A DNA stretch of 64,000 bases. Source: an uncultured Caulobacter sp. GTDB taxonomy: Bacteria; Pseudomonadota; Alphaproteobacteria; Caulobacterales; Caulobacteraceae. The notes below the pieces were generated by a model. It ran no database searches and was not told the DNA's origin. It was given only the letters and a program-made list of their open reading frames with translations. Both the position numbers and the translations under genes were made by a program. This document shows, in pieces, positions 42,159 to 52,128 of this stretch. Numbering within the stretch: the stretch's first letter is position 1; every line of letters starts with the position of its first letter. The stretch is taken from NCBI GenBank assembly GCA_966211605.1, contig CBIHOB010000010.1, positions 12,249 through 76,248 on the forward strand, given 5' to 3'.

Positions 42159-43661
42159 ATGACCGACGGGTTCACCCGTATTTCCACCGGCAACAGCGGC
42201 CTCGACACGATCTTGCGCGGCGGGCTGCCCGCCAATCGTCTGTATCTGGTCGAGGGCGAACCGGGCTCGGGCAAGACCACCTTGGGCCTGCAGTTTCTTC
42301 AGGAGGGGGTCCAGCGTGGCGAGCGCGTCCTCTACATCACCCTGTCGGAAACCGGCGAAGAGCTGCGCGGAGTCGCCGCCTCGCATGGCTGGGACCTGGC
42401 CGGGATAGACATTTTCGAACTGTCCTCGGCCGAGGAGGTTCTGGGCGAGGGGCGCGAGCAGTCGATCCTGCACGCCTGGGAGGTCGAGCTGGGCGGCACC
42501 ATCCGGCTGATCCAGGAGCAGGTCGCGCGCGTCACCCCACGCCGGGTGGTGTTCGACAGCCTGTCGGAGCTGCGCCTGCTGGCCCAGGATCCGCTGCGCT
42601 ATCGCCGCCAGGTCCTGGCCCTGAAGCAGTTCTTCGCCACGCGCGACTGTACGGTCATGCTGGTCGACGACCTGACCACCACCATCGACGGCGACCGCGA
42701 CGGCCATCTGCACAGCCTGTGCCACGGGGTGCTGACCCTGGAGCGGTTGACGCTGGACTTCGGGGCCGCGCGCCGGCGCATGCAGGTGCAGAAGCTACGC
42801 GGCGTCGACTTCGTGGGCGGCTTCCACGACATGGTCATACGACGGGGCGGCCTGCGGATCTTCCCTCGGCTGATCGCGTCCGACCATCACGCGCCCTTCG
42901 CCGGCGAGCCGACCCCCAGTGGCGTCCGGGAAATGGACGCCCTGCTGAACGGCGGTCCGTTGCGTGGAACCTGCACCCTGATCACGGGACCGGCCGGTTC
43001 GGGCAAATCGACGATCGCCCTGCAATACCTGCATGCGGCCTGCCTGCGCGGCGAGAAGGCGACGCTGTTCGAATTCGACGAGCGGATCGGCACGCTGATG
43101 GTCCGCGCCAAGGCGATGGGCATGGACCTGCAAGCGCATGTCGACGCCGACTGCCTGAAGATCCAGCAGATCGACCCGGCCGAGATGTCGCCGGGTGAGT
43201 TCGCCGCCCTCGTGCGGGAAGAGGTCGATGAGCGCGGCGTCAAGCTGATCGCGATCGACAGCCTGAACGGCTACATGGCGGCCATGCCGCAGGAGCAGCA
43301 GCTGATCCTGCAGATCCACGAGCTGCTGTCGTTCCTGAACCAGCAGGGCGTGGTCACGCTGCTGATCAATCCCCAATCGGGCCTGGTCGGCGGCATGGCG
43401 ACCTCTCTGAACATCTCCTACGTCGCCGACGCGGTGCTGCTGATCCGGTTCTTCGAGGCCGCCGGGCGTATCCGCAAGGCCATCTCGGTGATCAAGAACC
43501 GCGGCGGCGCGCACGAGGACACAATTCGGGAGTTGCGCATTGATAGCGAAGGGGTGCGCGTCGGCGCGCCGCTGACGGAATTCAGGGGCGTGATGACCGG
43601 AACACCGGAATATGTCGGCAAGGACGGTCCCCTGATGGAAGACCGGCGCCTTGACCCATAG
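42159..43661 (+). CDS. KaiC-like double RecA-superfamily ATPase
   Basis: 500 aa. There are two tandem KaiC-type domains, each with a Walker A motif (GEPGSGKTTLGLQFL and GPAGSGKSTIALQYL) and a Walker B-like motif (VVFDSLSEL and LIAIDSLNG). Confidence 0.85.
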   Translation: MTDGFTRISTGNSGLDTILRGGLPANRLYLVEGEPGSGKTTLGLQFLQEGVQRGERVLYITLSETGEELRGVAASHGWDLAGIDIFELSSAEEVLGEGREQSILHAWEVELGGTIRLIQEQVARVTPRRVVFDSLSELRLLAQDPLRYRRQVLALKQFFATRDCTVMLVDDLTTTIDGDRDGHLHSLCHGVLTLERLTLDFGAARRRMQVQKLRGVDFVGGFHDMVIRRGGLRIFPRLIASDHHAPFAGEPTPSGVREMDALLNGGPLRGTCTLITGPAGSGKSTIALQYLHAACLRGEKATLFEFDERIGTLMVRAKAMGMDLQAHVDADCLKIQQIDPAEMSPGEFAALVREEVDERGVKLIAIDSLNGYMAAMPQEQQLILQIHELLSFLNQQGVVTLLINPQSGLVGGMATSLNISYVADAVLLIRFFEAAGRIRKAISVIKNRGGAHEDTIRELRIDSEGVRVGAPLTEFRGVMTGTPEYVGKDGPLMEDRRLDP

Positions 43662-45732
43662 GCGCGGTCCGGAAGGGTTTCGCGTTCTCGTCGCCGCGCC
43701 TTACGGGCGCGATGCGGATAATGTGGCGCGCCTTCTGGGCGAGCGCGGTTTCGACACCCAGGTCCTGTCCGACGCGCGCGCGATCGCCACGCATCTGGAC
43801 GACCAGACCGGTGTGGTCCTGGTCACCGAGGAGGCGTTGAGAGGGGATTTGCAGCCCCTGCGCGCCGTCCTGAGCGCCCAGCCGGACTGGTCGGATACGC
43901 CGTTCATCCTGCTGGTGGCGCGCAACAGTCATCACCCCCGGGCCGGGGAGCTGGCGCGGCTGGCTCTGGCGGATCTGACGACCAATCTGATCGTGCTGGA
44001 ACGCCCGCTGGGATCGCTGTCCCTGGTCAGCGCGGTCGACACGGCGCTGCGCGCGCGTCGCAAGCAGTTCGACCTGCGGGATCGTCTGCGCGACCTCGAC
44101 GAAAGCCGCACCGCCCTGGCGGTCAGCGAGGCGCAGATGCGCCTGATCGCCGACGCCTTGCCGGTGCTGATCGGTTTCATCGACAAGTCCCTGGTCTATC
44201 GCTTCGCCAACCGCGCCTATGCGGAGTGGTTCTACAAGGATCCCGCCGAAGTGATCGGTCGCCATGTCAGCGAGATCGTCGGTCCGGCGGGCATGGAAGG
44301 CCGCATGCCGGCGATGCAGCGGGCCTTGGCGGGCGAGCCGGCGCACCTCGTCTTGCCCTGGCCGCACGCTGACGGCCGCCGGCGCGACGCCGACATCCGC
44401 TATCTGCCCAGGCGGACGCCCGAGGGCGAGGTCGACGGCTTCCACGTCTTCGTCGCCGATGTGACCGAGCATCTGCAAGGCGAGGAGCTGCTCCGTCAGA
44501 CGGCCCAGGACCTGGAGCACCGCGTGCGTGAGCGCACCCAGGCCCTGGAAATGGAGATGGAGGCGCGGGCCAGCGCCGAGGCCGCGCTGCGCCAGAGCCA
44601 GAAGATGGAGGCCGTTGGCCAGCTGACGGGCGGTATCGCCCACGACTTCAACAACATGCTGACCGGCGTCATCGGCGCGCTGGACATGATCAAGCGCAAG
44701 CGGGCGTCCGGGCGCGACAGCGATACCGACCGCTATCTCGACACGGCCCTGACCTCGGCCCACCGCGCCGCGAGCCTGACCCATAGGCTGCTGGCCTTCT
44801 CGCGTCGCCAGACGCTGAATCCGCTGGCCCTGGACGTGAACGCCCTGGTGACCTCGCTGCAGGAGCTGATCCAGCGCACCGTCAGCGAGCAGATCGCCAT
44901 CGAGGTGGATCTGGGCGCCGCCGAGGCCGCCGTCGCGGACGCAAATCAGCTCGAGAACGCTATCCTCAACCTGGCCATCAACGCCCGCGACGCCATGCCC
45001 GAGGGCGGCCGCCTGACCTTGTCGACCTCGGTGGTCGAGGTCGACGAGGGGGCGGCGGCGATCACGCCGGACATGCGGCCCGGCCGCTATGTCGTCATCG
45101 CGGTGACCGACACCGGCGTCGGCATGGCGCCGGACGTACTGGACAAGGTGTTCGACCCGTTCTTCACCACCAAGCCGATCGGCCAGGGCACGGGCCTGGG
45201 CCTTTCGATGGTCTACGGCTTCGCGCGCCAGAGCGGCGGTTCGGTGCGCATCGTCAGCCGGCCGGGCGAGGGGACTTCGGTTCGGATCTACCTGCCGCCC
45301 GCCGACCGAGCGGCCGAGACGGTCGTCATCGACGCGCCGGCGCCGCTGACCCGGGGCGCCGGCCAGACGGTGTTGCTGGTCGAGGACGAGAGCGCGGTGC
45401 GCCTGCTGGTGCGCGAGGTGCTAGAGGATCTTGGCTATCGCGCCATCGAGGCGTCCGACCCGCAGGCCGCGATCGCCGTGCTGGGATCGCCCGGAGCGAT
45501 CGACCTGCTGATCTCCGATGTCGGCTTGCCGGGCATGAATGGCCGCCAGCTGGCCGAGCTGGCCCGCGACGGCCGTCCGAACCTGCCGATCCTGTTCATC
45601 ACGGGCTATGCCGAGAACGCGGCCATCCGCGCCGACTTCCTGGGGGCGAACATGGAAATGATCGCCAAGCCGTTCGCCCTTGAGGCGCTGGCGGCCAAGA
45701 TCAACGAAATGATGGCGCCGGCCGAGGCTTGA
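43651..45732 (+). CDS. Hybrid sensor histidine kinase: N-terminal pseudo-receiver, PAS, HisKA, HATPase_c and C-terminal receiver
   Basis: 693 aa. The TTG start overlaps the KaiC-like 3' end by 11 nt. The H-box is [11 protein letters not shown], the N-box is [10 protein letters not shown] and the G-boxes are DTGVGM / GTGLGLS. The C-terminal REC is VLLVEDE...[13 protein letters not shown]. The N-terminal CheY-like fold lacks the acidic pocket (VAAPYGRD..., VLVTEE). Confidence 0.85.
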   Translation: MTHRRGPEGFRVLVAAPYGRDADNVARLLGERGFDTQVLSDARAIATHLDDQTGVVLVTEEALRGDLQPLRAVLSAQPDWSDTPFILLVARNSHHPRAGELARLALADLTTNLIVLERPLGSLSLVSAVDTALRARRKQFDLRDRLRDLDESRTALAVSEAQMRLIADALPVLIGFIDKSLVYRFANRAYAEWFYKDPAEVIGRHVSEIVGPAGMEGRMPAMQRALAGEPAHLVLPWPHADGRRRDADIRYLPRRTPEGEVDGFHVFVADVTEHLQGEELLRQTAQDLEHRVRERTQALEMEMEARASAEAALRQSQKMEAVGQLTGGIAHDFNNMLTGVIGALDMIKRKRASGRDSDTDRYLDTALTSAHRAASLTHRLLAFSRRQTLNPLALDVNALVTSLQELIQRTVSEQIAIEVDLGAAEAAVADANQLENAILNLAINARDAMPEGGRLTLSTSVVEVDEGAAAITPDMRPGRYVVIAVTDTGVGMAPDVLDKVFDPFFTTKPIGQGTGLGLSMVYGFARQSGGSVRIVSRPGEGTSVRIYLPPADRAAETVVIDAPAPLTRGAGQTVLLVEDESAVRLLVREVLEDLGYRAIEASDPQAAIAVLGSPGAIDLLISDVGLPGMNGRQLAELARDGRPNLPILFITGYAENAAIRADFLGANMEMIAKPFALEALAAKINEMMAPAEA

Positions 45733-45738
45733 GAGCCT

Positions 45739-47292
45739 TCAGGCCTGCTCCAGCGCCCGATCGAAGCCGACGCGGTTGATCCGGGCGATCAGGTCGCGAT
45801 GGCTGGGCAGGTCCTGGGTGGCGCGGTCGGCGAAGCCGCGGATCTTGGCGAACAGCTTGGCCGCGCCGGCCACGTCCGGGAACTCGCCCGCGCCGTCGGT
45901 CAGGTCGGTGCGGAAGCCCATGCCGTACAGAATGTACTGGTAGTTGAAGAAGGCGAAGGTCTCGAGATCCAGAATGAAGTCGAAGCGGGCTGGCGGGCGA
46001 TGGCGCCACTGGTCCAGCAGGTCGACCAGCCGCTCGGGGATCGAGGCCGGATCGGTGTTCTCGCGCCAGAACCGCTCGGGCCGCTGGGACAGACAGTAGT
46101 GCAGCTTCAGGAAGACGATGATGTTGTCGTAGCGCGCCGTCATCAGCTCGTTGAAGCGGCGGGCGGGGGCGCTGACCGGGCCCGAATGCGGAAACAGCTC
46201 GGCGATCATCGCGACGGCGGCCTCGATCAGCACGACGCCGGTCGATTCCAGCGGCTCCAGGAAGCCGGCCGACAGGCCCACGGCGACGCAGTTCTTGATC
46301 CACTGCTTCTCGCGATAGCCCGCGTCGAAGCTGATGCGCCGGGGCTCCACATCAACGCCGCCGAGGTAGTCGCGCAGGATGGCCTCGACGCGATCGTCGT
46401 CGATGTGGTCGCTGGAATAGACGCAGCCGACGCCGCGGGCCCCGGCCAGGCCGATGTCCCAGGTCCAGCCGGCCTCGTGCGCCGTGGCGACGGTGTAGCT
46501 CTGGATCGGCGCGTCGGGACGCTCGTAGGGCGCGCGGCACGCCACGGCCCGGTCGGCGAACAGGATCGGCCGCGCCGACTTGAACGGCGAGCCCAGCGCC
46601 TTGCCGATCAGCTCGGCCCGGAAGCCGCTGCAATCGACATAGAGGTCGGCCGCCAGGTCGCCGTGCTCGGGCGAGACCAGCCGGGCGATGGCGCCGTCCG
46701 GGTCCAGTACGACCTCGGAAAGATTGCCGCGCAGGTGGCGCACGCCCAGTTCGCGGGCGCGCTCGGCCAGCACCCCCGCCAGCTGGGCGGCGTCGAAGTG
46801 GTAGGCGTAGTTCAGCGGGCCGGCGAAGTCGCTCTCGTGCGGGCGCTTGGGGGCGCGGGCCGCGTCGGCGACGCGGGCCTGGATGGTGACCGCCTCGGCG
46901 AACGGCGCGCGCGTGGCCTCGTTCTGCAGCAGCCAGTAGGGCGCCAGATTGGTGCCCTCGGTCGAGAACGGCGCTTCGAAGGGGTGGAAGAAGCTGTGAT
47001 GGCGTCCGCCCTCCGGCGCGCGCGCCCAGTCGACGAAGCGGATGCCCTGCTTGAAGGTGGCCGAGGTCTGGCGGATGAACGCCGCCTCGTCGACGCCCAG
47101 GAACCGCAGCGTGTTGCGAATGGTGGGAAAGGTGGCCTCGCCGACGCCGACAATGCCGATGTCGGGCGATTCCAGCAGGGTGATCTCCAGATGCGCCTGC
47201 TCGGCGACGCGCAACGCCTTGGCCAGATAGGCGGCCGTCAGCCATCCCGCTGTCCCGCCGCCCACGATCAGAATGCTTCGCCTGCGCTGCAT
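45739..47292 (-). CDS. Tryptophan-halogenase-family FAD-dependent protein
   Basis: 517 aa. The FAD motif is ILIVGGGTAGW and GVGEATFP is present. A Lys lies in ATFKQGIRF, which aligns to RebH ASYK79VAIKF. The GWTWDIGL motif resembles WxWxIP. Confidence 0.85.
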   Translation of the reverse strand: MQRRRSILIVGGGTAGWLTAAYLAKALRVAEQAHLEITLLESPDIGIVGVGEATFPTIRNTLRFLGVDEAAFIRQTSATFKQGIRFVDWARAPEGGRHHSFFHPFEAPFSTEGTNLAPYWLLQNEATRAPFAEAVTIQARVADAARAPKRPHESDFAGPLNYAYHFDAAQLAGVLAERARELGVRHLRGNLSEVVLDPDGAIARLVSPEHGDLAADLYVDCSGFRAELIGKALGSPFKSARPILFADRAVACRAPYERPDAPIQSYTVATAHEAGWTWDIGLAGARGVGCVYSSDHIDDDRVEAILRDYLGGVDVEPRRISFDAGYREKQWIKNCVAVGLSAGFLEPLESTGVVLIEAAVAMIAELFPHSGPVSAPARRFNELMTARYDNIIVFLKLHYCLSQRPERFWRENTDPASIPERLVDLLDQWRHRPPARFDFILDLETFAFFNYQYILYGMGFRTDLTDGAGEFPDVAGAAKLFAKIRGFADRATQDLPSHRDLIARINRVGFDRALEQA

Positions 47293-47325
47293 GGGATCTA
47301 GATAGCAGGGTTCGGCGTCGAGGCC

Positions 47326-48564
47326 CTACGTCTTCGGCGTGATCCTGATCAGCTTGCCGTCGTCCTCGTCGGTGACGACGTAGATCGCGCCGTCGGGGCC
47401 TGCCACGACGTCGCGGACGCGGCCGCCGATGTCGGTGAACAGGCGCTCTTCGCCGACGACCTTGCCGTCCTTGAGGACCAGGCGGTCGACGTGCTGCTCC
47501 TTCAGCGAGCCGATCAGCAGGCTGCCCTTGAGCGCTGGAAACAGGTCGCCCTGGTAGAACACCATGCCTGAGGGGGCGATCACCGGGTCCCAGTAGTAGA
47601 CCGGCTGCTCCAGCCCATCCTTCTGGGTGATCCCGTCGCCGATCGGTTTGCCGGAATATTCCTCGCCATAGGTGATGGTCGGCCAGCCGTAGTTCTTGCC
47701 GGCTTCGGGATGGTTCAGCTCGTCGCCGCCCTTGGCGCCGTGCTCGACGGTCCACAGCTTGCCGCTGGGGTCCAGGGCGGCGGCCTGCAGGTTGCGGTGG
47801 CCGTACGACCAGATCTCGGGCTTGGCGCCGGCGGTGTTGACGAACGGATTGTCGGAGGGGATCGAGCCGTCCGGATTGATCCGCACGACCTTGCCCAAGG
47901 TGGCGTCCAGCTTCTGGGCCTGGACGCGGCCCTCGAGGATCGAGCGCTCGCCGGTGGTGATGAAGAGCTTGCCGTCGGGCGCGAAGACCAGGCGGCCGCC
48001 GAAGTGCAGAGCGCTGTCCATCTTCGGCGCCTGGCGCCAGATCACCTGGACGTTCTCAAGCTTGGGGTCCGGCCCCAGCACCAGCTTGCCGCGCGCGGCG
48101 CTTGTGCCGTTCACGCCGCCTTCTGCCTCCGAAAAGGTCCAGTAGACCAGGCCGTTCTTGGCGTAGTCGGGATCGATGGCGACGCCCAACAGGCCGCCCT
48201 GGCCCTCGGCGAACACGGGGGGCAGGCCGGCGACGGCGGGCGACAGCTTGCCGTCCTTGGAAAGCACGCGCAGGCGGCCGGCGCGCTCGGTGACCAGGAT
48301 CTCGCCGGTCGGCAGGAAGGCGATGGCCCACGGGTGGTCCAGGCCGCTGGCCAGGGTCGTGTACTGGGCCACGGTGTTGGACGAAAGGCCCGGCGCGCGG
48401 GTCTGGCCGGCGAAGGCCGGCTTCTGCTCGGGCGTGTTGGCGGGACGGGTCTCGACCGGCGCGCCGGCCTTGTCGCCATTCGGACCGGGCTGGGCGGGAG
48501 CGGGGCCGCAGGCGGCCAGGGCGGCGGCGAGGGCGACGGAGGCGGTAAGCAGGGAGACGCGCAT
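47326..48564 (-). CDS. PQQ-dependent soluble sugar (aldose/sorbosone) dehydrogenase lipoprotein
   Basis: 412 aa. The lipobox is AAALAAC|G. The beta-propeller motifs include [12 protein letters not shown]...[12 protein letters not shown]. Confidence 0.85.
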   Translation of the reverse strand: MRVSLLTASVALAAALAACGPAPAQPGPNGDKAGAPVETRPANTPEQKPAFAGQTRAPGLSSNTVAQYTTLASGLDHPWAIAFLPTGEILVTERAGRLRVLSKDGKLSPAVAGLPPVFAEGQGGLLGVAIDPDYAKNGLVYWTFSEAEGGVNGTSAARGKLVLGPDPKLENVQVIWRQAPKMDSALHFGGRLVFAPDGKLFITTGERSILEGRVQAQKLDATLGKVVRINPDGSIPSDNPFVNTAGAKPEIWSYGHRNLQAAALDPSGKLWTVEHGAKGGDELNHPEAGKNYGWPTITYGEEYSGKPIGDGITQKDGLEQPVYYWDPVIAPSGMVFYQGDLFPALKGSLLIGSLKEQHVDRLVLKDGKVVGEERLFTDIGGRVRDVVAGPDGAIYVVTDEDDGKLIRITPKT

Positions 48565-48616
48565 GGTCGCGACCTTAAGCTGTTTTCCGTCGCGGCGGCT
48601 ACCCGGACTTAGGTCG

Positions 48617-49660
48617 TTAAACTGGAAGCTCGCGCCGCTCGTCGCTGGCCCGCCGCGCCCGTTCCAGCAGTTCCATCACCCGCAGCGCCTCTTCCATCGG
48701 AACCGGGGCGGGGGCGCCGTGCAGGACGGCTTCGCGGACGCCGGCGTAGAAGGCGCGGTAGCCCAGGATCTCAGGCCGGACCTCGGTGTGGACCTGGACG
48801 TCGTCTTCGACCGTGGTCAGCACGCCGTGGCGGCTGTCGCGGCCCCAGCCGGGCGCGCCGGGGGTCATGCCGGCCTTCAGCTGGGCCTCCTGCGGGTCCA
48901 GGCCGTGCTTGACGTAGCTGGCCTTGGTTCCATGCACCGCCAGGCGCAGGTCGGAGGCGGCCGTCAGCAGGCTGCCGTGCAGGATCACGCGCAAGGTCTG
49001 ATAGCGCAGGACCACGTGGAAATAGTCGTCGGCCTCGGCGCCCCGGCGCTGGACGCCGATGTCGGCGCTGATCGCCAGCGGCGCGCCGAACAGCACCAGG
49101 GCCTGGTCCAGCAGGTGAGGGCCCAGGTCCATCCAGGCGCCGGCGCCCGGACCGGCCCGCTCGCGCCAGCGGTCGCGGACCTGGGGCCGGAAGCGGTCGA
49201 AGCGGCTCTCGTACTGAACGACCTGGCCCAGGGTCCCCTCGGCGATCAGGCGCTTCACAGTCAGGAAGTCGCTGTCCCAGCGGCGGTTGTGGAACACCGT
49301 CAGCAGCTTGCCGGCCGCCTTGGCCGCGTCGGCTACGGTTCGCGCCTCGGCCAGATCGAGGGCGAAGGGCTTGTCGACCACGACGTGCTTTCCGGCTTGC
49401 AGCGCCGCGATGGCCTGCGGCGCATGCAGGGCGTTGGGCGTGGCGATGACCACCAGGTCGATGGCCGGATCGGCCAGAGCCGTCTCGAGGTCGGCGACGA
49501 CCCGGGCGTCGGGAAAGTCGGCCCCCACCTTGGCCGGATCGCTGGACACCACCGTGCGCAGGCGAAAGCCCGGCGTCGCGGCGATCAGCGGCGCGTGGAA
49601 GGTCTTGCCGACATAGCCGTAGCCGACGAGAGCGACGTTGAGGTCAGGAGCGGTGGTCAT
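48617..49660 (-). CDS. Gfo/Idh/MocA-family oxidoreductase
   Basis: 347 aa. The N-terminal Rossmann motif is [18 protein letters not shown], and EKPF-like VVDKPFAL is present. Confidence 0.88.
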   Translation of the reverse strand: MTTAPDLNVALVGYGYVGKTFHAPLIAATPGFRLRTVVSSDPAKVGADFPDARVVADLETALADPAIDLVVIATPNALHAPQAIAALQAGKHVVVDKPFALDLAEARTVADAAKAAGKLLTVFHNRRWDSDFLTVKRLIAEGTLGQVVQYESRFDRFRPQVRDRWRERAGPGAGAWMDLGPHLLDQALVLFGAPLAISADIGVQRRGAEADDYFHVVLRYQTLRVILHGSLLTAASDLRLAVHGTKASYVKHGLDPQEAQLKAGMTPGAPGWGRDSRHGVLTTVEDDVQVHTEVRPEILGYRAFYAGVREAVLHGAPAPVPMEEALRVMELLERARRASDERRELPV

Positions 49661-49676
49661 GGGCCCGTTCTATACG

Positions 49677-49704
49677 AAAAAAGGCCGGGGATTTCTCCCC
49701 GGCC
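49677..49704 (-). terminator. Rho-independent terminator after exuT
   Basis: The minus strand reads GGCCGGGGA-GAAA-TCCCCGGCC followed by TTTTTT. The T-tract ends about 17 nt upstream of the Gfo/Idh/MocA ATG (49660). Confidence 0.8.
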
Positions 49705-49732
49705 TTCGTCGTCTTGCCGCTATGCGGATCGG

Positions 49733-51007
<1,275 letters not shown>

Positions 51008-51039
51008 GGACGCCTTCCTTCCCCCTTAGGGCCTTGTTC

Positions 51040-51864
51040 TTATTTCGCCGGAACGGCGACGCAGTCCACGGACCCGAACGGGCCGAAATCGATGTGGGCC
51101 ACGTCTCCGGCGACCACGTCGTGAATGCCCGTGGTCGCGCCGGTGGTGACAATCTGACCCTTCTTCAGCGGCTTGCCGCGCGCGGCGACGGTTCCGAGCA
51201 GGAAGGCCAGGGCGGCCAGCGGAGAGCCCGGGATCGTCGCGGCGGTCGCCTTGCCGACCGACTTGCCGTTGATGATGGTCTCGACCGGCATATCCTCCCA
51301 GGCGACGTCGCGCCAGTTGGAAATGGCCTGACCAATTATCTGGCCGTCGTTATTGCCGAAGTCGGACATCACGACCGTCGGGCCCAGGGCGTTGATCGTG
51401 GCCAGCGGGCTGCCGGCGATCTCGACGCCGACCAGGAATTCGCCGACATATTCGGCGGCTTCCTCGGAGGTCCATTCGGTCTTGTCGGCCGGAGCGTCCT
51501 TGCCCAGGCGGATGATGAACTCGGCCTCGACGGCGCAGAAGCCGCCTTCGATGGCGCGGAACCGGTTGGGCTCGCCGTTGGTCGAGGCCTGCTGGACCTT
51601 GGACTTGAAGATGCAGCCGGCCAGGCGCTCCACGCCCAGGCGCTCGCGATGCTGCGGCGGCACCAGGCCGACCTTCCAGCCGACCAGCTCATCGGGCCAA
51701 AGTCCGATGGCGATGTCCTGGACAGCGTAGCCTTCGGCGACGGTCGAGGGAATCACGCCGCCCGGATAGCCGGGGACCGAAACGCCTTCCTGGCGGGCCT
51801 TGACGAATTGGGGGGCGATGGCCGCGGGGGTGAAAACCACGCTGTCGGCCTCAGAAACGGTCAC
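51040..51864 (-). CDS. 2-keto-4-pentenoate hydratase / MhpD-HpcG-like (FAH superfamily) protein
   Basis: 274 aa. The GWKVG motif, the EAEF acidic pair and the TTGA..G C-terminal pattern are typical of MhpD-type hydratases. The gene lies 33 nt upstream of exuT. Confidence 0.75.
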   Translation of the reverse strand: MTVSEADSVVFTPAAIAPQFVKARQEGVSVPGYPGGVIPSTVAEGYAVQDIAIGLWPDELVGWKVGLVPPQHRERLGVERLAGCIFKSKVQQASTNGEPNRFRAIEGGFCAVEAEFIIRLGKDAPADKTEWTSEEAAEYVGEFLVGVEIAGSPLATINALGPTVVMSDFGNNDGQIIGQAISNWRDVAWEDMPVETIINGKSVGKATAATIPGSPLAALAFLLGTVAARGKPLKKGQIVTTGATTGIHDVVAGDVAHIDFGPFGSVDCVAVPAK

Positions 51865-51927
51865 GCCGTAGATCCTCCCTCGAAATTCGGCACGGGTCCC
51901 GCTTGGCGGGTGTTGTCACGTCTCTAG

Positions 51928-51942
51928 TGGAAACCGGTGTCA
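51928..51942. promoter_or_regulatory. Operator-like site TGGAAACCGGTGTCA upstream of the hydratase-exuT operon
   Basis: It matches the uxaA/uxaC/eda sites at 14 of 15 positions. It lies 64-78 nt upstream of the hydratase start codon. Confidence 0.55.
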
Positions 51943-52128
51943 TTGACAATGAGGCCGTGAGGAAGGCGGCCGGGCGCGGCGGGAGCCTCCCGCTCCGGTC
52001 GAGCTTGCGTTTGCGGATTCAATCGACGGAAGCAAGTTCTTCCCTGCATCGCCATTAGGATTAAACAGTCGAAAACTGTTTTCACGTCGTCGCTTCGCCA
52101 GAAGTTTCGTTTCGCGGGGTGCAACCTG

